This document shows, piece after piece, positions 1 to 8,577 of a stretch of 64,000 nucleotides of DNA. The DNA lies in assembly GCA_964403885.1 (NCBI GenBank), contig CAYOHY010000005.1:5949-69948 (forward strand). The letters are read 5' to 3'. This stretch comes from an uncultured Eubacteriales bacterium (lineage in GTDB: Bacteria; Actinomycetota; Coriobacteriia; Anaerosomatales; PHET01). Numbering within the stretch: position 1 is the first letter of the stretch; every line of letters begins with the position of its first letter. The notes beneath the pieces are model-generated. The model was not told where the DNA came from, did no database searches, and saw nothing but the letters and a program-made list of their open reading frames with translations. The position numbers were made by a program, and so were the translations under genes.

Positions 1-1
1 G

Positions 2-511
2 ACCCACGTCGACGCTCCGGGCAACGTCGTGTCCGACAAGGTCATCAACGTTCCCGGTTGCCCCACCAACCCGTGGTGGTTCGTCCTGACGGTCGTGGCA
101 TGGCTGGTCGACTTCGTTCAGCCGTCGCGTCCGCTGGGCATCCTCACCGCCGGTGGAGCGATCAACACGGCCGCCGTCGACTCTCAGCGTCGACTCAAGG
201 CTGTCTACGGCGTGCCGCTTCACGGTCCCCAGTGCAAGCGCTTCGACTACTGGAACCAGGGCATCTACGCCACCAAGCCGGGCGAGCCCGGCTGCCTGCA
301 GCTCATCGGCTGTAAGGGCATGCAGACCATGACTCTGTGCGCGATGCACGGCTGGAACGGTCAGGCTCCCCACAACAGCACCGCACTCGATTACGGCGTG
401 AGCGGCGTGAATGGCTCCAAGGGCGGCAACTGTGTTGCCGGCGGTCACCCGTGCATGGCTTGCACGGAGACCGGCTACCCGGATGCCTTCCTGCCGTTCG
501 TGATCCGCTAG
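2..511 (+). CDS. [NiFe]-hydrogenase small subunit, C-terminal part (5' end outside window)
   Basis: Frame is open from base 2. Motifs: NVPGCP, HxxxCxR, GCL..IGCKG..T...C..HGWN, GNCVAGGHPCMACTE.GYPD. No C-terminal TM helix. Confidence 0.93.
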   Translation, partial: THVDAPGNVVSDKVINVPGCPTNPWWFVLTVVAWLVDFVQPSRPLGILTAGGAINTAAVDSQRRLKAVYGVPLHGPQCKRFDYWNQGIYATKPGEPGCLQLIGCKGMQTMTLCAMHGWNGQAPHNSTALDYGVSGVNGSKGGNCVAGGHPCMACTETGYPDAFLPFVIR

Positions 512-534
512 TTAGGGAAGGAGGGAAACGATAG

Positions 535-2595
535 ATGGCTCTTGTATCTAGGGAAGTCGACCCGATCTCCCGTATCGAAGGTCACTTGGGCGTGAAGCTC
601 ACGGTCGACGATACGACCAACACGGTCTCTGAGGCCAACGTTCACGGTAACCTGTGGCGCGGCTTTGAGAACTTCCTCATCGGTCGTGAGATCAACGACG
701 CAATCACCTTCACCCAGCGTATCTGTGGCGTGTGTCCTGTGCCCCACGGCAACGCCTCGACCTTCGCGGCCGACGCGGTGCTCGGGTACAACGACTGCTT
801 CCAGACCTGGGTTGCCGGCGGTAACCAGCTCTCAAGCACCACCGGTAACACGATTGTTCCGGTTCCGGCCGGCCAGGGTGTCCCCGAGAAGGCTGTGCAC
901 ATCCGCAACCTGGTGCTCTCTGCCGAGTTCCTGATGTCGCACATCACCCACTCGTACCACCTGGCTGCCCCGAGCTACGTTCAGGGCCCCAACATCCCGC
1001 CGTGGACGCCGTACTTTGACGACAGCTTCTACGCGGGTGCCCTCTTGTCGATCGGCCATGGCATCGATGCCAACGGCAAGCCCGGCAAGGGTGCCGACAA
1101 GTCCCCGGCTGGCGCCGACACCAACGGTGCCGTTCCGCGCGACGTCGAGGGCTTCTCGAACGACCTGTGGTCCGCGGTCATCAAGCAGTACGTCAAGGCG
1201 CTCCGCATCCGCCGCCTCACCTTCGAGGCTGGCGCGCTGTTCGCCGGTCGTATGCCTATGACTTCGTGCTTCGTGGCCGGCGGTGTGACCACCGACAAGT
1301 CGGAGGTCCTCACCACCAAGTGCACCAAGTACCGCACGATGATGGTCGAGATCGGCAACTTCATCATCCAGGAGTTCGTGCCGCTCTTCCTCGCCCTCGG
1401 CGTGCTGTATCCCGCATGGGACAACGTCAACAACCCGGGTGGCCAGGGCTACGGCGGCGGCGTGGGCAACTTCCTCGCATGGGGTGGTTTCCCGCAGACC
1501 GACGGTACGCTCGGCTCCGCTCGTGGCTACAAGATCGGTGTCGGCGGCGCTGTTCAGCCGATCACCAAGGCCGGCGTCCTCGCCAACCTGCGTGAGCACA
1601 TCAAGTACTCGCGCTATGAGGGTGCCTCGCAGGCCAACGACAACGCCGGCGTTCCCAACCCGGCCGGCGTCACCGACCCTGCTTCCGAGGACCGCACCAT
1701 CCCGAAGCGCAACGACGCCGCGAAGTACTCGTGGCTCAAGGCGCCTCGCTGGAACGGCAACCCCATGGAAGTCGGCCCGATGGCCCGCATGTTCGTCGCC
1801 GGTGTCTTCCAGAACAACGTGTACCTGCGCACCACGGTGCCGGGCTACACCGCGTACGCGAAGACCGTCGGTGCTGTCACCGGTCTGAACCCGGCTCTCG
1901 TCGCCGCCGACCTTGCGGTCGCGTGTGTGCGTGAGGGCGTCGCGACGCTCACCATCGTCGATGGTGTCGCGCCCGGTACTGACCTCGTGGCTGACGCCGC
2001 GTACCTCGTGGGCAAGACGAACGCGCAGATCGCTGCTGCGTACGCCAACCCCAACGCGGTCATCACCGGTACTATCGCCGGTCGCATCTACAACATGAAG
2101 GCCGGCCTCTCCACGATCGACCGCCTCCGTGCGCGTCCGATCGAGGCCCTGGTCCTCATCCAGAAGATGATCGGTGGCTTCACCCCGGGCACCAACGGCC
2201 TGGATCCGATCAGCTGGGGCGGCACCGGTTGGGTCGATCAGCTGGCTGCGGCCACTGGCGACACCTTCATATCCAAGGCTCCGTCCGTGACGGGCGCCTT
2301 CGGGTTCGGTGCCGTCGAGGCTCCGCGTGGCGCGCTCATGCACATGGCCGCCATCGACGGTGCAGGCAAGATCGTTCGTTACCAGTGCATCGTTCCCACC
2401 ACGTGGAACGCGGCTCCCAAGGACGCGAATGACGTTCGCGGTCCCATGGAGCAGGCGATGATCGGTATTCCGTACTCGCCCGCAACGACGGCCTTCAACG
2501 GTGGCGCCGGCACTTCGCTCGTCGCCGGTGGTGGCGTCGAGGCTCTGCGTGTCGCCCAGTCCTTCGATCCGTGCATCGCTTGCGCGGTCCACTAA
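535..2595 (+). CDS. [NiFe]-hydrogenase large subunit, group 1-type, 686 aa
   Basis: RIEGH, RGFE, L1 motif QRICGVCPVPH, EAPRGAL.H, VPTTWN, L2 motif SFDPCIACAVH followed directly by TAA. RBS ggagg upstream. Confidence 0.97.
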   Translation: MALVSREVDPISRIEGHLGVKLTVDDTTNTVSEANVHGNLWRGFENFLIGREINDAITFTQRICGVCPVPHGNASTFAADAVLGYNDCFQTWVAGGNQLSSTTGNTIVPVPAGQGVPEKAVHIRNLVLSAEFLMSHITHSYHLAAPSYVQGPNIPPWTPYFDDSFYAGALLSIGHGIDANGKPGKGADKSPAGADTNGAVPRDVEGFSNDLWSAVIKQYVKALRIRRLTFEAGALFAGRMPMTSCFVAGGVTTDKSEVLTTKCTKYRTMMVEIGNFIIQEFVPLFLALGVLYPAWDNVNNPGGQGYGGGVGNFLAWGGFPQTDGTLGSARGYKIGVGGAVQPITKAGVLANLREHIKYSRYEGASQANDNAGVPNPAGVTDPASEDRTIPKRNDAAKYSWLKAPRWNGNPMEVGPMARMFVAGVFQNNVYLRTTVPGYTAYAKTVGAVTGLNPALVAADLAVACVREGVATLTIVDGVAPGTDLVADAAYLVGKTNAQIAAAYANPNAVITGTIAGRIYNMKAGLSTIDRLRARPIEALVLIQKMIGGFTPGTNGLDPISWGGTGWVDQLAAATGDTFISKAPSVTGAFGFGAVEAPRGALMHMAAIDGAGKIVRYQCIVPTTWNAAPKDANDVRGPMEQAMIGIPYSPATTAFNGGAGTSLVAGGGVEALRVAQSFDPCIACAVH

Positions 2596-2615
2596 CAGAG
2601 AGGGAGGTGAACAAA

Positions 2616-3866
2616 GTGAAGAGAGTATCCATCATCCTGGCCCTCACGGCCGTGATGCTGCTGGCCTTCGCCGGCTCCGCCTTCGCGAACTTCGGTCCGC
2701 ACGGCGGCTACGCCCTCGACACCGATGCGTGCGCCGGTTGCCACCGCGCACACACCTCGTTCTCTGAGGTGACGTGGGACAGCAACGGCACTCAGCGTAG
2801 CGCCCTTCTCGTGTCGTCGGCCAAGACGGCGACCGAGTTCTGCTACGCGTGCCACGGCAACGACGCCCCTGGTGCTTCCACCAACGTCGAGGCCGGTCTG
2901 TTCGATGCAGGCCCCTCCGGCGCCAACACTGTTCCGTTGGGCGGCGGTATCCTGTACGAGACCGAGTCCACCTTCAATGGTGGCCTCAACGGCGGTGCGT
3001 TCACCGGCGTGACGTCCATGCACGACATGGACAAGGGTGCGGTCACCGACCCGATGTGGGGCGCGGGCTCCTCGGCGCCGGCAGGCAAGAACCTGTCGTG
3101 CACGAGCTGCCACGACGTCCACGGTTCGTCCAACTACCGTCTCCTCAAGGACACGGTCGAGGGCGTGCCGGTCGGCGGCTACAACGCCAGCGACACCCCG
3201 ACCCCGATCGTCGTCTCGTACGAGACGAACTATCCGGTCGGCGGCTGGCTGAAGCACACCCCGGGTGCTGCTCAGATGGCGGCTTACCGTCCCAACTACA
3301 CCGAGCCCAAGTACAAGATCCTGCTCGGTGGCGGCGGCGCGGCCGGCCCCAACCGTTCGATGTCCACGTGGTGCTCCACCTGCCACGCGGCGTACAACGA
3401 CAAGACGAGCGCGTACGACTACGGTGCGTATGAGTCCAATGGCGCCATCAGCCGCGACGGCTTCGGCCAGCTCACGGTCACCGGTGCGACTCAGGCCGTT
3501 GGCTCGCGTGTCCGCCATCGTCACCCCGTCGACTCGACCGTGGTCTCCGCGAACACGGTGTCGGCCGGCTTTGGCACGAACGCCATCGTCGACTCGCTGC
3601 TTCCGCTCCAGCGCACCACCTCTACCGAGGGCAATGCCGCGGACAGCGTCCAGGACTACCTCGGCTGCCTGACCTGCCACCGTGCACACGGTTCGTCCGC
3701 GGTCATGACCGGCTGGGCCAACGCCCGCCTTGTCAATCGCGCGACGATCCCCACGTGGTCGGTCGAGCCCACGACGGCCCTCCCGGCTGGCGTGAACCCG
3801 AACGTGTCCTCGGCGATCCTGCGTGTGAACAACCGCGGCGTGTGCGAGCGTTGCCACAACAAGTAG
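2616..3866 (+). CDS. Exported hexaheme c-type cytochrome, OmcS-like architecture
   Basis: GTG start after agggagg. Signal peptide MKRVSIILALTAVMLLAFAGSAFA. Six CxxCH motifs (CAGCH, CYACH, CTSCH, CSTCH, CLTCH, CERCH) and six candidate distal His. Ends CERCHNK. Confidence 0.9.
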   Translation: MKRVSIILALTAVMLLAFAGSAFANFGPHGGYALDTDACAGCHRAHTSFSEVTWDSNGTQRSALLVSSAKTATEFCYACHGNDAPGASTNVEAGLFDAGPSGANTVPLGGGILYETESTFNGGLNGGAFTGVTSMHDMDKGAVTDPMWGAGSSAPAGKNLSCTSCHDVHGSSNYRLLKDTVEGVPVGGYNASDTPTPIVVSYETNYPVGGWLKHTPGAAQMAAYRPNYTEPKYKILLGGGGAAGPNRSMSTWCSTCHAAYNDKTSAYDYGAYESNGAISRDGFGQLTVTGATQAVGSRVRHRHPVDSTVVSANTVSAGFGTNAIVDSLLPLQRTTSTEGNAADSVQDYLGCLTCHRAHGSSAVMTGWANARLVNRATIPTWSVEPTTALPAGVNPNVSSAILRVNNRGVCERCHNK

Positions 3867-3897
3867 CAACCACCGCTCACAAAGCACCTGCACTGTC

Positions 3898-3936
3898 GAA
3901 GGGCCTCGGACGCAAGTCCGGGGCCCTTCTGCTTTC
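3898..3936 (+). terminator. Probable intrinsic terminator after the hydrogenase-cytochrome operon
   Basis: Hairpin gaagggcc-tcggac-gcaa-gtccg-gggcccttc followed by tgctttc. Confidence 0.75.
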
Positions 3937-4094
3937 TGTGCACATCACAGCTGCGAACGGGGACCAGATGAGAGCAGACGGATAGCAAATCGTTCAGCCC
4001 AACCCGTTGGCGGCCCGACAGACCTGCACAAACGCCCCTCGCAGCCCTATACTGTGCAGGTCAGGGGTTGTGCCCGCGCACGGGAATCCGGCCG

Positions 4095-5525
4095 ATGTCC
4101 CAGTGCCCCGAGGTAAGGAAGTGCATACGCGTGGAATCTCGCGAAGTCGCCGCTGGCGACATCCGTTCGCTGGGCCTCGTCGACGACCCCTTTCGGGTCG
4201 TGGATGACGGCTCCGGTAACGCCCCGGGCGTGAAGCTGGCCATCAATGCGGCCGCACTGCGCCTGTTCTGTGCGATCGAGGCCTCCGCGGCTGATCCGTC
4301 GCACCGCCCGATCGTCATCGAGAAGAACCGTGACATCCCGGCGTACTACCCGGTTGCCGCGTTGGCGAGGGTCTTCTCCGGCCTCTCGGACGAGACTCCG
4401 GTCGCTGGCATCCTGCAGTCATACATCCCGCTCGACATGATGCGTGTGGGCCGAGTCCGCTCGCTGCTCAACGTGGTGTCGGGCCGTGTCGCCGGCACCG
4501 ATCCCGCCGGCACCATCGGCATGTGGTCGCGTGAGGCGTTCGTCGAGCCTGACGAGTCGCTCGAGGAGTGGGCGGCGATCCGCGACACCATCACCGTCGC
4601 CGACATCCTCGACGAGATCGATCAGGACCCGCGCGCGTTTTGCGAGCGCATCTTTGGCGAGGTGGTCGAGTCCCGCTCCGGCGCCGAGAACATCGAACAG
4701 CTCATGCGCGTGTCCACGTCGCGTCAGGACCGCCTCGAGACCGACCCCGAAGAGGGTGTGGAGCTCGCCATCGCCGAGGATCCGGAGAGCGGGGATCTGC
4801 TCGACGACGCGTTCATCGTGCCGCTGGGTGAGCTCGACGCCGAGGCGCTGCCCGAGCCTGATCCGGCTACCGCTGTCGACGGGCTGATCGCCGACTACAT
4901 CATCGCCTTCACCAAAGAGCATCTCTCGCCGGTGGTCGCTCGCGGCATCGCAGCGTTTCGCGCCCAGGGCGTCAACTCGATGGCCGAGGAGCTCAAGATC
5001 ACCAAGGCCCCCAGCAAGACGGTGCACGCTCTCTACCGATTCGCCCGTCCGCGGTTCCGCTCCGGCGCCGTGATCTACGACCGCCTCGAGATGTGGGAGA
5101 ACGTGCCCACTGAGCTGCGGACCAAGATCGTGGGCACGATGACCGAGCTTCGCTGGGCACTGAAGGACGACGCATCGCTCGTGTTGATGCTCGTTCCCGG
5201 CACCTGCCCTGAGATCGAAGAGGGCTTCGCCTCGGCGATCCATGTGTCCTGGAGCTTCAAAGACGTCGAGCCCGTCTCCCAGCCTGACTCACCCTTCGAT
5301 CGTGCAATCGCCGCCGAGTGGCTCGCTTCCGCCTCGCTTTCGACCGAGGCGCCTGCGTGGGGCGATGCACTCTTCGATGCCATTCCCGAGGGTACGACGC
5401 TTGCGAGTGCAGCGACCGCCCTCTCGCGTGCGATCGAGCACGCCGTGGATGCTGGCTTGGCCGTACCTGATCCGGCCGTCGTGGTGGCCGCGCTTGATGC
5501 GGAGAAGGAGGCTGCCCCCGCCTGA
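4095..5525 (+). CDS. Hypothetical cytoplasmic protein, possibly a degenerate P-loop ATPase fold
   Basis: Long ORF with coding-like bias. N-terminal LGLVDDPF resembles the ExeA-type N-terminus, and GAVIYD resembles a Walker B motif. No Walker A. Stop overlaps the next ATG (TGATG). Confidence 0.7.
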   Translation: MSQCPEVRKCIRVESREVAAGDIRSLGLVDDPFRVVDDGSGNAPGVKLAINAAALRLFCAIEASAADPSHRPIVIEKNRDIPAYYPVAALARVFSGLSDETPVAGILQSYIPLDMMRVGRVRSLLNVVSGRVAGTDPAGTIGMWSREAFVEPDESLEEWAAIRDTITVADILDEIDQDPRAFCERIFGEVVESRSGAENIEQLMRVSTSRQDRLETDPEEGVELAIAEDPESGDLLDDAFIVPLGELDAEALPEPDPATAVDGLIADYIIAFTKEHLSPVVARGIAAFRAQGVNSMAEELKITKAPSKTVHALYRFARPRFRSGAVIYDRLEMWENVPTELRTKIVGTMTELRWALKDDASLVLMLVPGTCPEIEEGFASAIHVSWSFKDVEPVSQPDSPFDRAIAAEWLASASLSTEAPAWGDALFDAIPEGTTLASAATALSRAIEHAVDAGLAVPDPAVVVAALDAEKEAAPA

Positions 5526-8512
5526 TGCGTTCACGCCTCTCCAGCGCCTGGGTGTGTGCGGCGGCCCTTGTGGCCGTGGCCTTCTTCAGTGCTGTCTGGG
5601 TGGGGCCCGCATGGGCAGGGCCGGCGACTCCTGCTGCCGGGTTGGCGCCTCACGTTCCGATCACCTACGACACCGACGTGTGTGCCATGTGCCATCGGAC
5701 TCACTCGGCCCCCGGTGATGCGACGTGGCGCGACTCGCTGAACCAGACGCGCACGGCGCTTGCGGCGGGAAGCCCGGGTAGTGGCGATGCGGGACTGTGT
5801 TACACGTGCCACGGCGTCGAGACTCTCGGCTCGGGCACCGATATCCAGAGCTCCTTCGACGCCACCTCCGGCCACTCGCTCGAACCCAGCCCGTCGGCGT
5901 TTGGCGTATCGCCCAAGAACTGCAGCACCTGCCACGACTCACACGGCGCGGCGCGTGTCAGCACCGGCGTGCCGTACCCTGCGCTCCTGCGCGCGCGCAC
6001 CGCTTCCGGTGCGCTCGTGTACTCGGGCGATGTGGTGTGCACGGGGTGTCACGGCGTCAGGGCGGCGAGCAGCTTCCCCGGCCAAAGCGTCTGGGCCGCG
6101 TCGCCGCACTCGCGTATCGCCACTCCGGCCAGCGGGACGCGCATCGTGTGCAGCGCCTGTCACGACCCGCACGGCTCTCCCATCGCGCCGTCAATCCGCA
6201 CGGCGTTGGCGACCCCGTCGGCACCCGGCACGTACACCGTCGCCGCTAACGACCGTCGCCTGTGCTTCGGCTGCCACTCGGCGAAGCTTGGTGTCTGGAA
6301 CGGCTCCGCTTCCTATCCCGGCTCCTCGCACGCCTCGTCGACCGCGACCGTGACGATCTCGGGCGAGTGGGTCACCGGCACCGTCGTGCCGTTCCGGGCT
6401 GTGGGCGAGTGCCAGGTCTGCCACGCCTCGATGGGCAAGGGCGATGCGTCGGGAACGATCATCCCCACGCTTCTCAACGCCACGGGCCGCATCCTGTGCG
6501 ACACCTGCCATCGCACCGGCGGACCGGCCGTGTCGAACCTCGCGTCGCTCGCGTACTCGCCAACCACGCCGGGCAACGAGATCGTCGCCGCGTGGGGTGC
6601 CGTGACGTCCGATCGCTACGGTCGAGCCCAGGTGTTCGCCCGTGAGGCCACGTCGACCACCACTCCGGTGGGACCGCGTGACCTGTACCCCGTCACCAAG
6701 GTGGGGGACATGGCCGTGGGCGACATCGATGGCAACGGTGCCGCCGAGGCGATCGTCTCGGATCTGTCTGCGGCACGCGTGGCCATCCTCACGCAAAGCG
6801 ATCTGCGCTCCGTCGTGGCCACGCTGGTCACGCTCCCCGGAGCCGCGCCGGCCGAGAAGCTCACCGTTGGCGACGTGTTCGTCGACGGCTCCGGGCTGCC
6901 TGAGCTCGTGAGCGTGACCTCGACCGGAACGGTGCGGGTGTCGCGCTACGTCGCAGGATCGCTCGTCTCGGTTGACTCGGTTGTCGTGACCGGCACGCCC
7001 ATCGCGGTGGCCAGCGGCAACGTGACAGGGACCGCGGGGGCAGACATCGTCGTCACCACGGCGGCGAACACGATGTTCATCATCACGGATTCGGCCGGCA
7101 CGCTCGTGTCGCACGGTCCGTATGCGACACGAACCAACCCGGTGTCGGTCTCTGTGGGCAACGCCGATACGGACACGTCCACCGCCGAGATCGCCGTCGG
7201 CAACGCGGGCGAGGTCAACAACATCGTCTCTCTGTATCGCGGGACCGGCGTGCGCTACGACGATGGCGGAGGGCCCCTGCCGGCCGGCGCAAGCGTCAAC
7301 GCCGTGCTCATGGCCGACGTCCTTCCCGGGGTTACTCCGGGCGGCACGTCCGGCGCCGAGATCGCCGTCGCGTACGCCAACGCAAGCAACCGCACGGGCC
7401 TGCTGGTCGTTCCGCAGCCGCTGTCCACCAGCACCACCCAGCTCTACCCGGCTGCTGACCGCTCCAACGCGCGCGCGTTGGGCTTTGGTGACACCGATGG
7501 CGACGGCGACAAGGACATCGTGGTCGCGCTCTCGGGTGCGTTCACCCGGGACGCGAGTGCGACGCCGCCGTCGATCGCCATCTACACCCCGGTGTCGCCC
7601 GGCGGTGCGACGCTCAGCTTGCAGCACACCGCGTGGGGCGCCGGCGCCGAGATGGTGTCGTCACGTGCGGCGATCGCCGTGGCCGATATGGGCGCTGTGG
7701 TGCCGTCTCGCCACCCGGCAGGCGTGGTCGCGGGTGCCCACACTCCCACGGAGACGCCGCCCTACACTCGGCATGTGGAGTGCGTGGACTGTCACAACGT
7801 TCACGAGGCCAAGAACGACTCGGCCGACACCACGCTGATGGCAGGCGAGGAGCTGGGCGCGTGGGGCGTCTCGCGGGCGGCACTCTCGTCGACCACGCCG
7901 GTCCGCGCTCGCGCCACCGCCGAGTACGAGGTGTGCTACGCGTGCCATTCGTCGGCCGATCCCTCGGCGAACCGCAACGTCGCCTCTGAGGTCGTCACGT
8001 CGGGCATGTCGTATCACCCCATCGAGGGCCGCTCTCCCAACACGAGCGCTACCGGATCGACCCTGACCACCGCCGTGGTGGCGGGGGACCGCATCCGCTG
8101 TACGTCATGTCACGGCAACGCCGGGACCGGCGCTGCCGGTCCGCACCGTTCCCCCGCGTGGCCGCTGTTGTACAAGCGGTTCTCCGGGACGGTGGCGGTC
8201 GACTCGCAGATGGTGTGCTACGGCTGTCATGCTCCCGGCGTGTATCTGACCGGGGCCAACGACGGTGTGGGTGGAACGCGCAGCGGCTTCTACAACACCG
8301 CTGCAGGCGTGGGTAAGCCCGAGCAGCGCAAGCTTCACTCGTATCACGCCACCGCTGGCGTGGCATGTGCTGCATGTCACCTCAGTCACGGCGCACCCAC
8401 CCGCCGAGCGATGCTGCGCGGCGATGCGTTCACGTGGACCGAGCTGGCAGGCGGAGGACAGTGTGACGTGGCGTGCCATACGCCATCGACCACACATTCA
8501 TACACTCGATAG
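5525..8512 (+). CDS. Exported multiheme cytochrome c (13 CxxCH + 1 CxxxCH) with central FG-GAP/VCBS beta-propeller
   Basis: Signal peptide ending AWA. Eight heme motifs precede and six follow a block of about 7 repeats such as GDIDGNGAAEAIV and GDTDGDGDKDIVV. Confidence 0.9.
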   Translation: MRSRLSSAWVCAAALVAVAFFSAVWVGPAWAGPATPAAGLAPHVPITYDTDVCAMCHRTHSAPGDATWRDSLNQTRTALAAGSPGSGDAGLCYTCHGVETLGSGTDIQSSFDATSGHSLEPSPSAFGVSPKNCSTCHDSHGAARVSTGVPYPALLRARTASGALVYSGDVVCTGCHGVRAASSFPGQSVWAASPHSRIATPASGTRIVCSACHDPHGSPIAPSIRTALATPSAPGTYTVAANDRRLCFGCHSAKLGVWNGSASYPGSSHASSTATVTISGEWVTGTVVPFRAVGECQVCHASMGKGDASGTIIPTLLNATGRILCDTCHRTGGPAVSNLASLAYSPTTPGNEIVAAWGAVTSDRYGRAQVFAREATSTTTPVGPRDLYPVTKVGDMAVGDIDGNGAAEAIVSDLSAARVAILTQSDLRSVVATLVTLPGAAPAEKLTVGDVFVDGSGLPELVSVTSTGTVRVSRYVAGSLVSVDSVVVTGTPIAVASGNVTGTAGADIVVTTAANTMFIITDSAGTLVSHGPYATRTNPVSVSVGNADTDTSTAEIAVGNAGEVNNIVSLYRGTGVRYDDGGGPLPAGASVNAVLMADVLPGVTPGGTSGAEIAVAYANASNRTGLLVVPQPLSTSTTQLYPAADRSNARALGFGDTDGDGDKDIVVALSGAFTRDASATPPSIAIYTPVSPGGATLSLQHTAWGAGAEMVSSRAAIAVADMGAVVPSRHPAGVVAGAHTPTETPPYTRHVECVDCHNVHEAKNDSADTTLMAGEELGAWGVSRAALSSTTPVRARATAEYEVCYACHSSADPSANRNVASEVVTSGMSYHPIEGRSPNTSATGSTLTTAVVAGDRIRCTSCHGNAGTGAAGPHRSPAWPLLYKRFSGTVAVDSQMVCYGCHAPGVYLTGANDGVGGTRSGFYNTAAGVGKPEQRKLHSYHATAGVACAACHLSHGAPTRRAMLRGDAFTWTELAGGGQCDVACHTPSTTHSYTR

Positions 8513-8577
8513 ATACAGTGAGGCCCCGCCCGCGGAACCGGACATTCCGGGGGTCCTCATGAGGAGATGATGGTGCA

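Noticed and set aside
832-2592. Long antisense ORFs (also 2592-3893, 6191-7627, 9267-11603, 34885-36780, 53583-56177, 61531-63762)
   Set aside because: These are shadows of real genes on the opposite strand, caused by high-GC codon bias. They have no motifs and the sense genes are well supported.
2560-2595. Possible [NiFeSe]-hydrogenase
   Set aside because: The L2 motif codon is TGC (Cys), with no in-frame TGA.
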